DNA of 64,000 nt from assembly GCA_965237405.1 (NCBI GenBank), contig OZ250139.1:2565661-2629660 (forward strand). Reading direction: 5' to 3'. This DNA is from Vicinamibacterales bacterium (GTDB lineage Bacteria; Acidobacteriota; Vicinamibacteria; Vicinamibacterales; UBA8438). This document shows positions 1 through 11,900 of this stretch, piece by piece. The translations under genes were made by a program, and so were the position numbers. The stretch's first letter is position 1. The number at the start of each line of letters is the position of its first letter. The notes beneath the pieces were generated by a model. It did not search any database, was not told the origin of the DNA, and was given only the letters and a program-made list of their open reading frames with translations.

Positions 1-585
1 CCGGCACGGGTGCAACGTGTGAGCGTGGTTGACCAAACTGAGAAGATCATTGAAGTCGTCGTCGAAGACAGCCAGTTGTCACTTGCAATAGGTAAGAAGG
101 GACAGAACGTCCGGCTCGCGGCAAAATTGACGGGCTGGCGTGTCGACATTAAGAGCGCGGAAGAGAAGCGCGCGGAAGTCGAGGCACAATTCGCAAGGCT
201 TGAAGCGAACGAAGAGGCCGCAACGCTTACGCTGCCCGGCCTAGTCGAAGAGCAACTGATCAAGCTAAGTGAAGCCGGTCTCGATACGGCAGCCAGCCTG
301 CTTGAGGGCACTGCCGACCAGATCGCTGAGGTGGCGGGCGTCGATCAAGCAGCCGCGGAAGAGCTGCAGGTGGCCGTTCGGAAACAAGTCGAAATTTCCG
401 AACGGACCGCTGCGGAGGCCGCCGAGCGCGCGGAGCGAGAAAGCGGCGATATGCCGGATACCGAATCTGTCGAGACCGATGCGGCAGCCGACTCTGAGAC
501 TACGACAACGCCCCAGACCGTGGCACTAGACGAGACCACAGGCAACGAGACCAAGCAGACAGATGGGAAGAACGCGGCAAACTAG
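1..585 (+). CDS. nusA: Transcription factor NusA, C-terminal part (5' end lies outside the window)
   Basis: The frame is open from the window edge. KH-domain motif [23 protein letters not shown] is followed by an acidic C-terminal region. It sits directly upstream of infB, as in the conserved nusA-infB operon. Confidence 0.9.
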   Translation, partial: PARVQRVSVVDQTEKIIEVVVEDSQLSLAIGKKGQNVRLAAKLTGWRVDIKSAEEKRAEVEAQFARLEANEEAATLTLPGLVEEQLIKLSEAGLDTAASLLEGTADQIAEVAGVDQAAAEELQVAVRKQVEISERTAAEAAERAERESGDMPDTESVETDAAADSETTTTPQTVALDETTGNETKQTDGKNAAN

Positions 586-612
586 CGGAAACCACCGAAC
601 TGAGAATTAACG

Positions 613-3390
613 TTGGCTACTATACGGATCTATAGAGTCGCAGAAGTCCTCGGGCTGCCGAGTCATGAGGTGATCGAGCTCCTCAAACGTCAGCACGGCA
701 TCGAGGTGAAGAGCGCATCCAATACGATCGAAGAGATCGTGGGGCGCCAGTTTGCAGAACGCGTGGCACGAGAGCGTCGGATCGATCTGCCACGTGGAGA
801 GCTCTTCGGTGCCACGCCGAAGCGAGCCGCTGCTAAGAAGGCACGGGCATCGAAGCAGGCAAAGGACGACCCAGCCATTACGAAGCCGAAGCTTGGTCCG
901 CCTCGGCTCGTCAAAGCCGCCAAGGCAGCTAAGCAGGCAGTCGAGGCTCTTGCCGACGAAGAGTCGAGTACGGCGGAAACGGACCAATCCAAGGCGGCAG
1001 CTAGCGAGCCCCAAGCGCCCGAACCGGCTCCGCCGGTGCCGGTAGCTGAAGCTGAGCCCGCGACTCCTACGGTGCGACCTCGCCCGCGCATGCGCGGGCT
1101 GAGACTTGAGGATGAATCTACACCCAGACCGGTGATGGATCCGCCGGCCCAGCCAGTGGCAGCCAAGCCAAAGATCGAACTCCCAGCGGCCTCGGCCGTC
1201 GTGACAACGCGAGCACCCGTCGCAGTCGCGCCTCCAAGTCCGGCGACGTCGAAATCTGAGCCAGCGGCCAAATCAAGAGCACCCAAAGCTACACCCGCAA
1301 AGCAAACGGGTCGCTTCGTACCGCCGACCCTTCGACTTCGCGTCGAGGAGGTGAAACCCAAGCTAAGCTTCCCGTTCGCCACCGCTCAGAAACCTACCGG
1401 CGCGCGGACACTTCCAGGCCAGCGGACACCGATAACCCAAGCGCCGTTGGGTGGACCTAGACCTCTTCCGTCCCAACCAGTCAGGTCGCAGGCCCCCCGT
1501 CCGCTGCCGGCGCGGCCGGCGGTCGGCTATCGGCCGCCCCCGAGACCATACCGAAGACCGGGCGCACGCGCCGATCGCCGGGCAAAAACTCAGACCCCGG
1601 TCGTCCCAAAAGCCCCACCACCGATCACACGAACGATCACGTTGGCCGAGGGGATGACGGTCAAGGACATTTCTGATCGGCTCGAGGTGCGCGCCAAGGA
1701 CGTGCTGAAAAAACTCATCGAGAAGCGTCTGATGATGACGATCAACACGACACTGGATCCGAAGACGGCGACAATGATCGCTCGCGAGTTCGGCGCAGAC
1801 GTAACGATGCGTACGTTCGAAGAGGAAATGATTGAGATCGAGTTCGAGGAGACCAAGGCCGAGGACCTGGTGCCGAGGGCTCCGGTCGTGACCGTCATGG
1901 GACACGTCGACCACGGCAAGACCACACTGCTCGACGCCATTCGAAAAACAAGGGTTGCAGCGCGTGAGGCTGGTGGCATTACCCAGCATATTGGAGCGTA
2001 CGCCGTCAAGATCAAGGAGCGAAAGATCGTGTTCCTTGACACGCCTGGACACGAAGCCTTCACCACAATGCGAGCGCGTGGCGCGAGCGTTACGGATGTG
2101 GTCGTCTTGGTCGTCGCGGCAGACGACGGCGTCATGCCCCAGACTCAAGAAGCAATTGATCACGCGCGTGCCGCAAACGTTCCAATCATCGTAGCGATCA
2201 ACAAGATTGACAAGGCCGACGCGAACCCAGACCGTGTCAAGCAGCAGCTTGCAGAACGTGACCTCGCGCCCGAAGATTGGGGCGGGAAGACCGTTATGGT
2301 GCCCGTTTCGGCCAAGAAAGAAGACAACCTGGATGCTCTTCTGGAAATGATTCTGCTCGTGACAGAACTTGGTGAGCACAAAGCGAACCCAAAACGAGTC
2401 GCGACCGGAACGGTCTTGGAGACTAAAATCGATCGGGGGCGAGGTCCAGTGGCAACCGTCCTCGTCCAGGACGGAACGCTCCGGGTTGGGGATAACTTCA
2501 TCGCCGGAACAGTCGTGGGTCGAGTGCGAGCCTTGATCGACGACCGCGGGAATCGAATAAAGACGGCGGGTCCATCGAGCCCGATCGAAGTCATCGGCTT
2601 GACGAGTCTTCCGAAACCAGGCGACGCATTCCAGGAAGTAGCTGACGCCGCGAAGGCTCGACAGATCGCGCTCCTACGCCAAGTCCAAGCGAAAGAGAAG
2701 GCACTTGGCGACCGAGGGTCTCGCGTCACGCTTGAATCACTTCAGCAGCAGCTCTCAGAAGGCGACAGTGCGAAAGAACTCCCAATTATCATCAAAGCGG
2801 ATGTCCAAGGCACAGCCGATGTGATCGCGCAGTCGCTCACCGAACTTGGTGACGACCGCGTCAAGATCTTGATCATGCACACGGGCGTTGGAGTTATTAG
2901 CGAATCTGACGTCTTATTGGCATCCACTTCCAACGCCATCATCATCGGCTTCAACGTGCGCCCAGACCGAAATGCGGCAAGGATCGCAGAATCCGAAGGA
3001 ATAGACATCCGGAAATATTCGGTTATCTACAACGTGACGGACGACGTAAAGAAGGCGATGGTAGGCTTGCTCGAACCAACATTCAGAGAGCAGCAACTCG
3101 GATTGGCGGACGTTCGTGAAGTATTCAAGGTACCCAAATTTGGCGCGGCCGGCGGGTGCATTGTCACCGATGGAAAGGTCATCAGAACTGGTGACGCCAA
3201 GGCGCGCTTGCTACGCGACGGCGTCATCGTTCACGAAGGGAAGCTTGGATCGCTCCGTCGGTTCAAGGATGACGTGAACGAGGTGAAATCAGGAATCGAA
3301 TGCGGCATCGCGTTCGAGCGATTCTCCGACATCAAGCCCGGTGATGTGGTCGAGGTCTTCACGGTCGAAAAAATTGTCACGACAGTGTAG
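613..3390 (+). CDS. infB: Translation initiation factor IF-2
   Basis: 925-aa ORF with a TTG start. Pro/Ala/Lys-rich N-terminal region, then GTPase motifs [20 protein letters not shown] and NKIDK, then IF-2 C-terminal domains. Confidence 0.97.
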   Translation: MATIRIYRVAEVLGLPSHEVIELLKRQHGIEVKSASNTIEEIVGRQFAERVARERRIDLPRGELFGATPKRAAAKKARASKQAKDDPAITKPKLGPPRLVKAAKAAKQAVEALADEESSTAETDQSKAAASEPQAPEPAPPVPVAEAEPATPTVRPRPRMRGLRLEDESTPRPVMDPPAQPVAAKPKIELPAASAVVTTRAPVAVAPPSPATSKSEPAAKSRAPKATPAKQTGRFVPPTLRLRVEEVKPKLSFPFATAQKPTGARTLPGQRTPITQAPLGGPRPLPSQPVRSQAPRPLPARPAVGYRPPPRPYRRPGARADRRAKTQTPVVPKAPPPITRTITLAEGMTVKDISDRLEVRAKDVLKKLIEKRLMMTINTTLDPKTATMIAREFGADVTMRTFEEEMIEIEFEETKAEDLVPRAPVVTVMGHVDHGKTTLLDAIRKTRVAAREAGGITQHIGAYAVKIKERKIVFLDTPGHEAFTTMRARGASVTDVVVLVVAADDGVMPQTQEAIDHARAANVPIIVAINKIDKADANPDRVKQQLAERDLAPEDWGGKTVMVPVSAKKEDNLDALLEMILLVTELGEHKANPKRVATGTVLETKIDRGRGPVATVLVQDGTLRVGDNFIAGTVVGRVRALIDDRGNRIKTAGPSSPIEVIGLTSLPKPGDAFQEVADAAKARQIALLRQVQAKEKALGDRGSRVTLESLQQQLSEGDSAKELPIIIKADVQGTADVIAQSLTELGDDRVKILIMHTGVGVISESDVLLASTSNAIIIGFNVRPDRNAARIAESEGIDIRKYSVIYNVTDDVKKAMVGLLEPTFREQQLGLADVREVFKVPKFGAAGGCIVTDGKVIRTGDAKARLLRDGVIVHEGKLGSLRRFKDDVNEVKSGIECGIAFERFSDIKPGDVVEVFTVEKIVTTV

Positions 3391-3424
3391 CGGCGTCGAC
3401 CGTGGCCATCGCCGGCCGTGAACC

Positions 3425-3709
3425 ATGCCAGCCGTTGGACTACTGTCACTTGAGCTTCACTTCCCCGGTTCGCGTTCACTCAAGGACAAGCGGGGAGTGT
3501 TGCGTAGCGTCAAGGACCGGCTGCGCAAGTACAACGTAGGCACGGCGGAGATTGACTATCACGACCTCTGGCAGCGTTCTCGTCTGGCGGTCGTCGCCGT
3601 CGGGACCGATCAGACAACCGTCGAGCAGTCGCTTGAAGCGATCATAGACGAGATCGAACGCAAAAACTCTGGCGTGATCATTGGCACCGATATCGAGTGG
3701 TTGATATAA
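3425..3709 (+). CDS. DUF503 (YlxP-like) small protein
   Basis: 94-aa ORF in the conserved slot between infB and rbfA. Its TAA stop abuts the rbfA ATG. Confidence 0.8.
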   Translation: MPAVGLLSLELHFPGSRSLKDKRGVLRSVKDRLRKYNVGTAEIDYHDLWQRSRLAVVAVGTDQTTVEQSLEAIIDEIERKNSGVIIGTDIEWLI

Positions 3710-4108
3710 ATGCACCACGGTTCACGACCTAAACGAATCGCTGACCTCATCCGTGACGAGCTTAGCGTACTGATAGCGAGACACGTCAGGGACCCCGGAG
3801 TTCGGGACGTCACCGTGACCCATGTGCGGGTGTCAAAGGACCTGCAACAGGCGCGCGTCTACTACACCGGACCAGAAGATGTAGACGATCGACGCACAAC
3901 CGAACGGGCATTCGGTCGAACCCGTCCTTATCTCAGACGGGCGCTAGCCCAACGGGTACAGCTTCGGCACATACCTGAACTCGTCTTCACCTACGATGAC
4001 TCGGTTGAACGGCAAGACCGCATTGCGCGCCTGTTCGATAAAATAGGAGCCTCGCCAAGGGTTGAGCTGGACCCGTCAACTTCGGAGCAGAAACCGGAAG
4101 AATCATAA
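3710..4108 (+). CDS. rbfA: Ribosome-binding factor A
   Basis: 132 aa. N-terminal RIADLIRDELSVLI and VTHVRVSKDLQQARVYY are typical of RbfA, and the operon position fits. Confidence 0.9.
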   Translation: MHHGSRPKRIADLIRDELSVLIARHVRDPGVRDVTVTHVRVSKDLQQARVYYTGPEDVDDRRTTERAFGRTRPYLRRALAQRVQLRHIPELVFTYDDSVERQDRIARLFDKIGASPRVELDPSTSEQKPEES

Positions 4109-4122
4109 CGGGTCCCCGTAGC

Positions 4123-5121
4123 ATGCCTCCTAGTCCTGAACTCCGCCAAATCATTACCGCTATTCAATCACGACAACGGTTCGTTCTGGTTTCGCATGCG
4201 CGACCCGACGGTGATTCGATCGGGTCAGAGCTCGCGCTGGCATTTGCTCTGCAAGCCCTAGGCAAACAAGTTCGAGTTGTGAACAGCGGTCCGGCACCTC
4301 CACACTTTCAGTCGTTCCCCGGTGTCGCCGACGTGGAGGTTGCCACGGCAGTTGATGGCGCTTTCGATGCCGTCGTGGTCCTAGAGTGTGGATCACTAGA
4401 GCGAACGGAGGTAACCGGTTTAGACCGATACTTCGTCATCAACATCGACCACCACGTAGGAAACACGACGTACGGAGACCTGAATTGGATCGATGAGACC
4501 GCCGCAGCGTGCGGCGAAATGGTGTTCGATATCATCGGGGGCCTTGGCGTGCCGTTGAGCCGCGACATGGCGACCCACGTGTACATCGCCATTCTGACCG
4601 ACACCGGTGCGTTTCATCATTCGAACATTACAGACCGAACGTTCGAGATCTGTCGCCAAGCGGTAGTCGCCGGCGTGTCGCCGACTGACGTTGCAGGTGA
4701 TGTCTATCAGCGCAGCAGTGTGGGAAAGCTCAAGCTGACGGGACACCTCCTCAAGACTATGGAGTTCGTCGACGATGGGCACGTCGCGATACTCACCGTG
4801 GATGATGAGGTGCTGAGAACGACCGGGTGTACGACTGACGACATCGAAGGCCTGATCAATATGCCCCTCAATGCGCGGGACGTCAGCGCAGTGGTGATGT
4901 TCAAGAGCATCGATGGCCATGTACGGGTGAGTCTCCGGTCGAAGGATGATGTAGATGTGCGAGCCGTCGCGAGTCTTCATGGTGGTGGCGGCCACCGCAA
5001 CGCCGCTGGCTTTTCGCTTGACGGGTCCGGGGCGAACCGGCGGCGGGATGTCGTGGCGGAAGTCGTCATCGCCGCGCAAACCGCGCTCCGTATTGGTCCG
5101 CCGACTCGCACGGTGGGTTGA
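4123..5121 (+). CDS. nrnA: DHH/DHHA1 phosphoesterase (NrnA-like oligoribonuclease / pAp phosphatase)
   Basis: DHH-family motifs HARPDGDSIGS and NIDHH, plus DHHA1 motif GGGHRNAAGF. 332 aa. Confidence 0.85.
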   Translation: MPPSPELRQIITAIQSRQRFVLVSHARPDGDSIGSELALAFALQALGKQVRVVNSGPAPPHFQSFPGVADVEVATAVDGAFDAVVVLECGSLERTEVTGLDRYFVINIDHHVGNTTYGDLNWIDETAAACGEMVFDIIGGLGVPLSRDMATHVYIAILTDTGAFHHSNITDRTFEICRQAVVAGVSPTDVAGDVYQRSSVGKLKLTGHLLKTMEFVDDGHVAILTVDDEVLRTTGCTTDDIEGLINMPLNARDVSAVVMFKSIDGHVRVSLRSKDDVDVRAVASLHGGGGHRNAAGFSLDGSGANRRRDVVAEVVIAAQTALRIGPPTRTVG

Positions 5122-5126
5122 CCTCA

Positions 5127-6041
5127 ATGGACGGTGTACTCGTTGTCGACAAGCCCGATGGCATTACGTCGCATGATGCCGTGAGTCGCGTTCGGCGTCT
5201 CGTTGGAGTCCGGCGCGTTGGGCATCTCGGCACGCTCGATCCGATGGCGACGGGCGTGCTGCCGCTCGTCATCGGGAAGGCCACGAGACTGTCCCGCTTA
5301 CTCTCAACGGGCAACAAAGTTTACGAAGCGGTCATCAAGCTTGGCGTCGTCACCGACACCTACGATACGACCGGTACAATCGTGGCAACGACCGATGACG
5401 ATCGCTTGGCCGACATTGACACCGCCACCGTTCAAGCCGTCACCCGTCGCTTCGTTGGAACCTTTAACCAAATCCCGCCACCGTTCTCAGCCAAGAAGAT
5501 AGGCGGGGTTCGCGCTTATCGCCTCGCGCGGCAGCGGCGGCCCATCGAGCCACGGCCCGTCGAGGTAACAGTCGATGCCTTGGAGATCATCGAACTCAGC
5601 GGTTGCCGGATCGGGTGCCAAGTCACCTGCGCGTCGGGCTTTTACATGCGGTCACTGGCGCACGACATTGGCTCGGCCCTGGGTCTGGGTGGCTGCCTCG
5701 CGAAACTGCGACGGCTTCGAAGCGGCGCGTTTAGAGAGGATATCGCGCTTGGGCTGGACGACCTCGAGCGCAAGCCGGCCCTCGTCGCTGAATGCCTACT
5801 GGGCTTGGACCAGCTGCTTCCGGAGTTCTCTCGCGTCATCGTGACCGAACGTGGAGGTCATCTTGTGGCCCACGGCAATACCCTGGTGCCGGCCGACATC
5901 GAGACCTGGAACTTGGGACGCCTTCCCGAACCACGAGCCAGAGACTTGCCCGTCAAGGTCTACAACCGGTCTGGCGAGTTACTCGCGATCGCCGAGGAGA
6001 CCGCCCCGAAGACTTTGCGCCCAAGAATCGTCCTAGTGTAA
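5127..6041 (+). CDS. truB: tRNA pseudouridine(55) synthase
   Basis: MDGVLVVDKPDGITSHD and the catalytic-Asp motif GHLGTLDPMATGVL. I prefer ATG 5127 to the TTG 5118 in the ORF track. Confidence 0.92.
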   Translation: MDGVLVVDKPDGITSHDAVSRVRRLVGVRRVGHLGTLDPMATGVLPLVIGKATRLSRLLSTGNKVYEAVIKLGVVTDTYDTTGTIVATTDDDRLADIDTATVQAVTRRFVGTFNQIPPPFSAKKIGGVRAYRLARQRRPIEPRPVEVTVDALEIIELSGCRIGCQVTCASGFYMRSLAHDIGSALGLGGCLAKLRRLRSGAFREDIALGLDDLERKPALVAECLLGLDQLLPEFSRVIVTERGGHLVAHGNTLVPADIETWNLGRLPEPRARDLPVKVYNRSGELLAIAEETAPKTLRPRIVLV

Positions 6042-6149
6042 GATCGAGAAATTAACTAGAGGAGAGAAAGACACGTAAGGCGGTGAGCGGCGGTCTGGAA
6101 CGCACATCACATCTTGTGCGTACATCTGAGCCGTTTGCGGAGGTAGACG

Positions 6150-6419
6150 GTGGCGTTTCCGAAGGGGCGTAAGTCCGAAATCATCGATTTATATCGCACT
6201 CACGACAGCGATACCGGATCACCTGAGGTACAGGTCGCGATTCTCAGTGAACGCATCCGTTACCTCACCGAGCATTTCAAGATTCACGTCAAAGACCACC
6301 ACTCGCGTCGCGGGCTGTTGAAGCTCGTCGGTCAACGGCGAAGGCTCCTCGACTACCTCAAAGACAAGGACACCGCGCGGTACGCGGAACTCGTCACGCG
6401 ACTCGGAATCCGTAAGTAG
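6150..6419 (+). CDS. rpsO: 30S ribosomal protein S15
   Basis: 89 aa with a GTG start. [35 protein letters not shown] is classic S15. Confidence 0.95.
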   Translation: MAFPKGRKSEIIDLYRTHDSDTGSPEVQVAILSERIRYLTEHFKIHVKDHHSRRGLLKLVGQRRRLLDYLKDKDTARYAELVTRLGIRK

Positions 6420-6453
6420 GCGCAACGGTCAGCCCTGTTTACCCTCAGCCGTG

Positions 6454-6479
6454 CTCTGCCTTCGCAGAGACTTTTGATT
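6454..6479 (+). terminator. Weak hairpin plus T-rich tail between rpsO and pnp (attenuator or processing-site candidate)
   Basis: CTCTGC-cttc-GCAGAG (6454-6469) followed by acTTTTgatt. Confidence 0.35.
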
Positions 6480-6492
6480 GGAGCGATATTTC

Positions 6493-8712
6493 ATGCATAC
6501 GGGCCAACTGAAGGTCGGCCAAGAAGATCTCAACCTTGAGACCGGCAAGCTTGCAAAGCAGGCTGACGGGTCGGTTATCGTCAGGTATGGCGAGACGATG
6601 GTGCTCGTCACGGCTTGCTACGCCCCAACCGCGAGGGAAGGGATCGACTTTCTTCCATTGACCGTCGATTTCCGTGACAACACCTATGCTTCGGGGCGCA
6701 TCCCCGGTGGATTCTTCAAGCGGGAAGGCAGACCAACCGAAAAGGAAGTACTCACGAGCCGCCTCATCGACCGTCCAATCCGGCCGCTATTTTCGGACAG
6801 GTGGAATCAAGAAACACAGGTCATAGCCTGGGTTATGTCGTCAGACAAGGACCACGATCCCGACGTGCTGGCGTTGACTGGCGCGTCGGCGGCGCTGGCA
6901 TTGTCTCCCATCCCGTGCCAACGAACCATTGCGGCGGTTCGAGTTGGCCTCGTAGACGACGAGTACGTCATCAACCCTAGCTATAGCCAGCGGACGCACA
7001 GCCGGCTCGACCTGATCGTTGCTGGCAGTGCAGACGCCATCGTGATGGTGGAAGCCGGAGCAACCGAACTCTCTGAAGACGAGATGCTCCGAGCCATGGA
7101 AACCGGGCACGAGACCATCCGACGCATCGTTACGACAATCGATGGCCTGGCTGCCGAAGCAGGCAAGACAAAACTCTCCGTGACATCACCACAAATCGAC
7201 CACGCGTTGACAGATGACGTCGAAAACAAGGCTCGCGAGCCGCTCGCCGATGCGATGCGAATTCGTGAGAAGCTCGAGAGCCACGCCAAGGTCGACGACG
7301 TTCAAGCGGAGCTGATGGCCTCGCTCCCGGATGATGACGACGAACGACGAACTCAGGCGAAGCGTGTTTTCAAGGAACTCAAGGAGAAAATCCTTCGCAA
7401 TGAGGTGCTCGCGCAGAGTCGGCGTTTGGACGGTCGTCGGTTCGACGAAATTCGTAACATTTGGTCTGAGATCGGCATCTTGCCGCGGGTGCACGGGTCG
7501 GCAGTCTTCACTCGCGGCGAAACTCAGGCGCTTGTGACCGCGACGCTGGGAACGGCTGACGACCAGCAGAAAATCGAGAGCGTCACGGGTGAGAACTATA
7601 AGCGTTTTATGTTGCACTACAACTTTCCGCCCTTCTCAGTTGGGGAAGTGAAGTTTCTCCGTGGCCCAGGGCGTCGCGAGATAGGTCACGGCAATCTCGC
7701 TGAACGGAGTCTGGAGCCGGTTATCCCGAGTAAAGAAGAGTTCCCCTACACGGTACGGGTCGTCTCGGACATTCTTGAGTCGAACGGCTCATCGTCCATG
7801 GCAAGCGTCTGCGGTGCGTCGCTCGCGCTTATGGATGCCGGCGTACCACTGCGGGCTCCCGTCGCGGGGGTGGCGATGGGACTCATCCTCGACGAGACGA
7901 ATGGTCACCATGCTGTGCTCAGCGACATTGCCGGCGCTGAAGACCACTACGGTGACATGGACTTCAAGGTCGCTGGGACACGCGACGGTATTACGGCCCT
8001 GCAGATGGACATCAAGGTTTCTGGAATCACGACCGCCATCATGCAGTCGGCACTCGCGCAAGCCAAAACTGGCCGACTCCAAATCCTCGAAGCGATGGAG
8101 GCGACGATTGCCTCGCCGCGGGATGACATCTCGGCGCACGCGCCTCGAATCGTTACGATCACGATTCCCGTCGACAAGATCCGAGATGTCATCGGACCAG
8201 GCGGGAAAACTATTCGCAGCATCGTCGATCGGACCGGCGTCAAGATCGACGTCGAAGATGACGGCCGTGTAAACGTCACCTCGACTGACGAGGACGCGGC
8301 AAAAAAGGCCATCACGATCATCGAAGAACTCACGGCGACCCCTGAACTCAACAAGACGTACCTCGGAAAAGTTCAGCGCATTACCGACTTCGGAGCGTTC
8401 GTCGAGATTCTCCCAAGTATTGACGGTCTTCTACACGTGTCGGAAATCGCGCATTATCGCGTCGGCGAGGTTAGGGACGAGCTTCAGGAAGGCGACCAGG
8501 TCCTCGTCAAGGTGATCAACGTCGATCCCAGCGGTAAGGTTCGGCTCAGCCGAAAAGCGCTTCTCCCCAAACCGGAGGATGGCGACGGTGCTCAGGACAG
8601 TGGCGACGATGCATCCACCATACCAGCATCCAGAAACGGACCATCGCGTGGTCGTTCACGCCCGCCCGGCCCGCGCAATCGAGGTGACCACCGTGACCGA
8701 CCCAAGCGCTAA
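6493..8712 (+). CDS. pnp: Polyribonucleotide nucleotidyltransferase (PNPase)
   Basis: Two RNase PH-like halves, a KH domain (GPGGKTIRSI) and an S1 domain (GKVQRITDFGAFVEI), with an Arg-rich tail. GGAG at 6481-6484 favours ATG 6493 over TTG 6478. Confidence 0.97.
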   Translation: MHTGQLKVGQEDLNLETGKLAKQADGSVIVRYGETMVLVTACYAPTAREGIDFLPLTVDFRDNTYASGRIPGGFFKREGRPTEKEVLTSRLIDRPIRPLFSDRWNQETQVIAWVMSSDKDHDPDVLALTGASAALALSPIPCQRTIAAVRVGLVDDEYVINPSYSQRTHSRLDLIVAGSADAIVMVEAGATELSEDEMLRAMETGHETIRRIVTTIDGLAAEAGKTKLSVTSPQIDHALTDDVENKAREPLADAMRIREKLESHAKVDDVQAELMASLPDDDDERRTQAKRVFKELKEKILRNEVLAQSRRLDGRRFDEIRNIWSEIGILPRVHGSAVFTRGETQALVTATLGTADDQQKIESVTGENYKRFMLHYNFPPFSVGEVKFLRGPGRREIGHGNLAERSLEPVIPSKEEFPYTVRVVSDILESNGSSSMASVCGASLALMDAGVPLRAPVAGVAMGLILDETNGHHAVLSDIAGAEDHYGDMDFKVAGTRDGITALQMDIKVSGITTAIMQSALAQAKTGRLQILEAMEATIASPRDDISAHAPRIVTITIPVDKIRDVIGPGGKTIRSIVDRTGVKIDVEDDGRVNVTSTDEDAAKKAITIIEELTATPELNKTYLGKVQRITDFGAFVEILPSIDGLLHVSEIAHYRVGEVRDELQEGDQVLVKVINVDPSGKVRLSRKALLPKPEDGDGAQDSGDDASTIPASRNGPSRGRSRPPGPRNRGDHRDRPKR

Positions 8713-8924
8713 CGACCGGCCTTGTCTGTCCAGAGTTTTGGTTCGTACACTGCCCTTAGAACCCAAGCTTCCATTCCAGAATTAAGACAACCAGCGAACC
8801 AGCCCGGTTAGCCACGACCTGGAGTCTCGCCTGGAGCCCAGGTCTATCAACCGGGTGGAGATTAATAACCAGGGCAGGACGACAACCGGACTGAAATAGG
8901 TCGTCGCCAGGGTGACGACTCCGT

Positions 8925-11900
8925 CTAGTTGAGCTCGACCGAAATCAGCTTGGAGACTCCCGGCTCTTCCATCGTCACACCGTAGAGTCGATCGGCAATC
9001 TCCATCGTCTTGCGGTTGTGGGTCACGAGAACAAACTGCGTCCGGTCCTGCATACCACGTAGCATTTCGACGAACCGGACGATGTTGGCGTCGTCCAGGG
9101 GTGCGTCGATCTCGTCGAGCAAGCAAAACGGGCTTGGCTTGTACTTAAAGATCGCGAACATGAGCGACATCGCCGTCAACGCCTTCTCCCCTCCCGACAG
9201 GAGCTGAATGCTCTGGAGTCGCTTGCCTGGTGGTTGTGCGACGATGTCGATGCCACTCTCCAAAACATCGCTCTCGTCAAGTAGCACGAGACCAGCGCGC
9301 CCGCCGCCGAATAGCGTTTCGAAAGTTTCCTGGAAATGCAAATTGACCGCCGCGAGCGCTGCCGTGAAGCGTTCGCGCGTCGTGATGTCGATACGCTTGA
9401 CGGCCTCACCCGTAGAACGAATTGCGTCCAACAGGTCTTGACGCTGGGTCGTCAGAAACTCGAATCGCTCTTCCAACTCGTCGAACTGGTCGATCGCCAT
9501 CATGTTAACTGGACCGAGTCGATCGATCTTCTCGTGCAGCTTTGCGATGATCGCCGCCGCGGTACTTTCCGTAACATGATTCTCAGAGGCCGCTGCCACA
9601 GGTGGCGTAAGACCGACATCGTCGTCGTCGCGATCGTCGCCGTCCTCACTTGGCCCATTGGTCTCGCCGATGCCCAAGCCGTCTGGAATCACGAAGCTCG
9701 CCAAGTCGAACTGCTCGACCTCTGCGCATACCTGTTGTAACGCTACCTGGAGCCCCTCCTGGCACGCAGCCTTAAGATTGACCAACTCCGTCTCCCCTTT
9801 GGCACGGCGGACATCTACGCGTCCGACCTCAGCCCTAACGACTTCGAGCGATTCGCGCGCATCACGCATCCGCTCTACCTGTTCGTCTATGCGCTGACGA
9901 GCGCCGGCGATCCGATCGTTATACATTCGCATGTCTTCCCGAAGCGCATCGAAATGTACAATGTCACGATCGAGTTGTTCCTCCGAACCCGCAATTTTCG
10001 CTACCAGCTGCTCGCGGCGTTCAATCGCTCGACGATTCTCATCGGCACGTGACGCCATGCGCTGCTTAAGATCCATGGTCGCGTCTTCGATCCGTTTGAC
10101 GTCGACGCTGAGTGCAGCTGCACGCTCGGCCAGCGCAGCATGATCAGTCTTCGCCTCCGTTACGCGCTGACTATGCAGCGCAACGGAATCGCGTGCTTCG
10201 ATCAGATGCTGCTGAGAGGCCATAAAGCGCTCATCAGCGGTACGCTGTTCTGTTTCTAGCTTGGCAATCGCCTGCCTCGCTTCGCACTGCCTGGCATCGA
10301 GGTTGGTCTGCTCCTCCTCTGCTCGCCGCTGCTCGTTCCCAACCACAGTCTGCTTTCCCTGCAAGCGCTCCAACTCTCCATCGAAACCGGAAAGGCGAAG
10401 CTCAAGCTCTAGCAGCACCTTTTCCAAGCGGTGCTGCTCGCTTTCGAGGTTCTTGAATTCGGTCTCTGCCCGCACGACGGCCTCACCATTCGCGGCGAAC
10501 TCAGCCGTGAGCCCCTTAATGTGCTCCGCCTCGGCAACAACCCGGTCTCGAAGCTCGCGAACCTCACCCTTGGTCGCCAGAATGCCCTGAGAGCCGACCT
10601 TCCCCTCACCCTGGACAATCGACGGCCCGCGAAACACTATTCCGTCTGGTGTCGTGATCGGTTCTCGCGTGGTCTGTGCGGCAGCGCGGGCAACCTGAAC
10701 GGATGGAGCCCACCATCGCCGACTCAGGATTCCGTGGACGGCCGCTGAGCCGGCGCCGCTGACGTGGACCAGCGCCGTGAGCGGTACCAGCTCCGGATGC
10801 GGTGGCCCGGCTGCGGTGGATGTCGACGTGTCGACAATAACAAATCCGCAGCGTCCTGCATCACGTGAAACTGCCAGCTTTATTCCGGTATCCGCATCAC
10901 GAGCGCTGCGCACCACGATGTGCTGGAGCAGTTCGTCGAGACTTGCCTCGACAGCGCGCTCATGTTCTCGATCCATGTCGAGATGGTCAGCCACGGCGCC
11001 AAAGTGCTCGAGATCATCCGACGAGTTCGATAACACCAATCGCGCCGCATCGCTGTAGCCCTCGCGGGACGCCAACAGCTCCTCGATCGACCGCACCCGA
11101 GCCGTCATGGCGGTAAGGAACTGTTCGTGAGTTCGCACGTCGTCGGCAAGCCTCTCTTGAGTCCGACGCGCCGAGGCCAGCTGCGCCTCGCTGTCGGAAC
11201 CCGCACGACGGATGGCATCGAGTTCCGTTCGCATTCGATCCGCGGAGTCTCCTACCTCGGAGCGCTCCGCAGTCGCCTTCTTCCACTCGGTTGATAGATC
11301 ATCCGCCTCGGCCTTTAGCTTCCCGAGCTCATCGACGATCTTTTGACCCGTAGCAGATGCGTTATCGACCACATGCTGCAGAGTAATCGCCGCGTTGATG
11401 GCCGCAAAGACCTCACTTCTCGACGCCTCGACATCACCTTCGAGACCCTCGATGGACCGCTGCGCCTCAGTAGACTCCCGTTCGACCTCCTGCAGATACT
11501 CAAGGGCGGCGTCACGAGCCGTATCACATCGGGCCGATGCCGCGCGCTGGTCCGTCAACTCGGCTTGAATCGGGATGCAACGCTGGTCGAGCTGCTGAAG
11601 CTCATGCTCACCATCGGCGACGGCCGTCCCAAGCGACTCGAGCTGACGCTTGTCGAACTCACTCTGCTGTTGGCGACGCCCCACCTCGATCTCGTGTGCA
11701 TGCGCAGTGTCCCGATCCGACGTCGCCTTCTGGTCCATTTCGGCCAACTCGAGCTGTAATCGATCATGTGTACTCTCGAGAGCAGTTAAGCCAGAAATGG
11801 CATCGTGTTCCCGCTGGTGTGCGGTTTCGAATTCGCGTATTGCCGAAGCGATGACCTCGGCCAGTTGCGTGTGCCGACGTGCGAACTGAACCTTCTCCCA

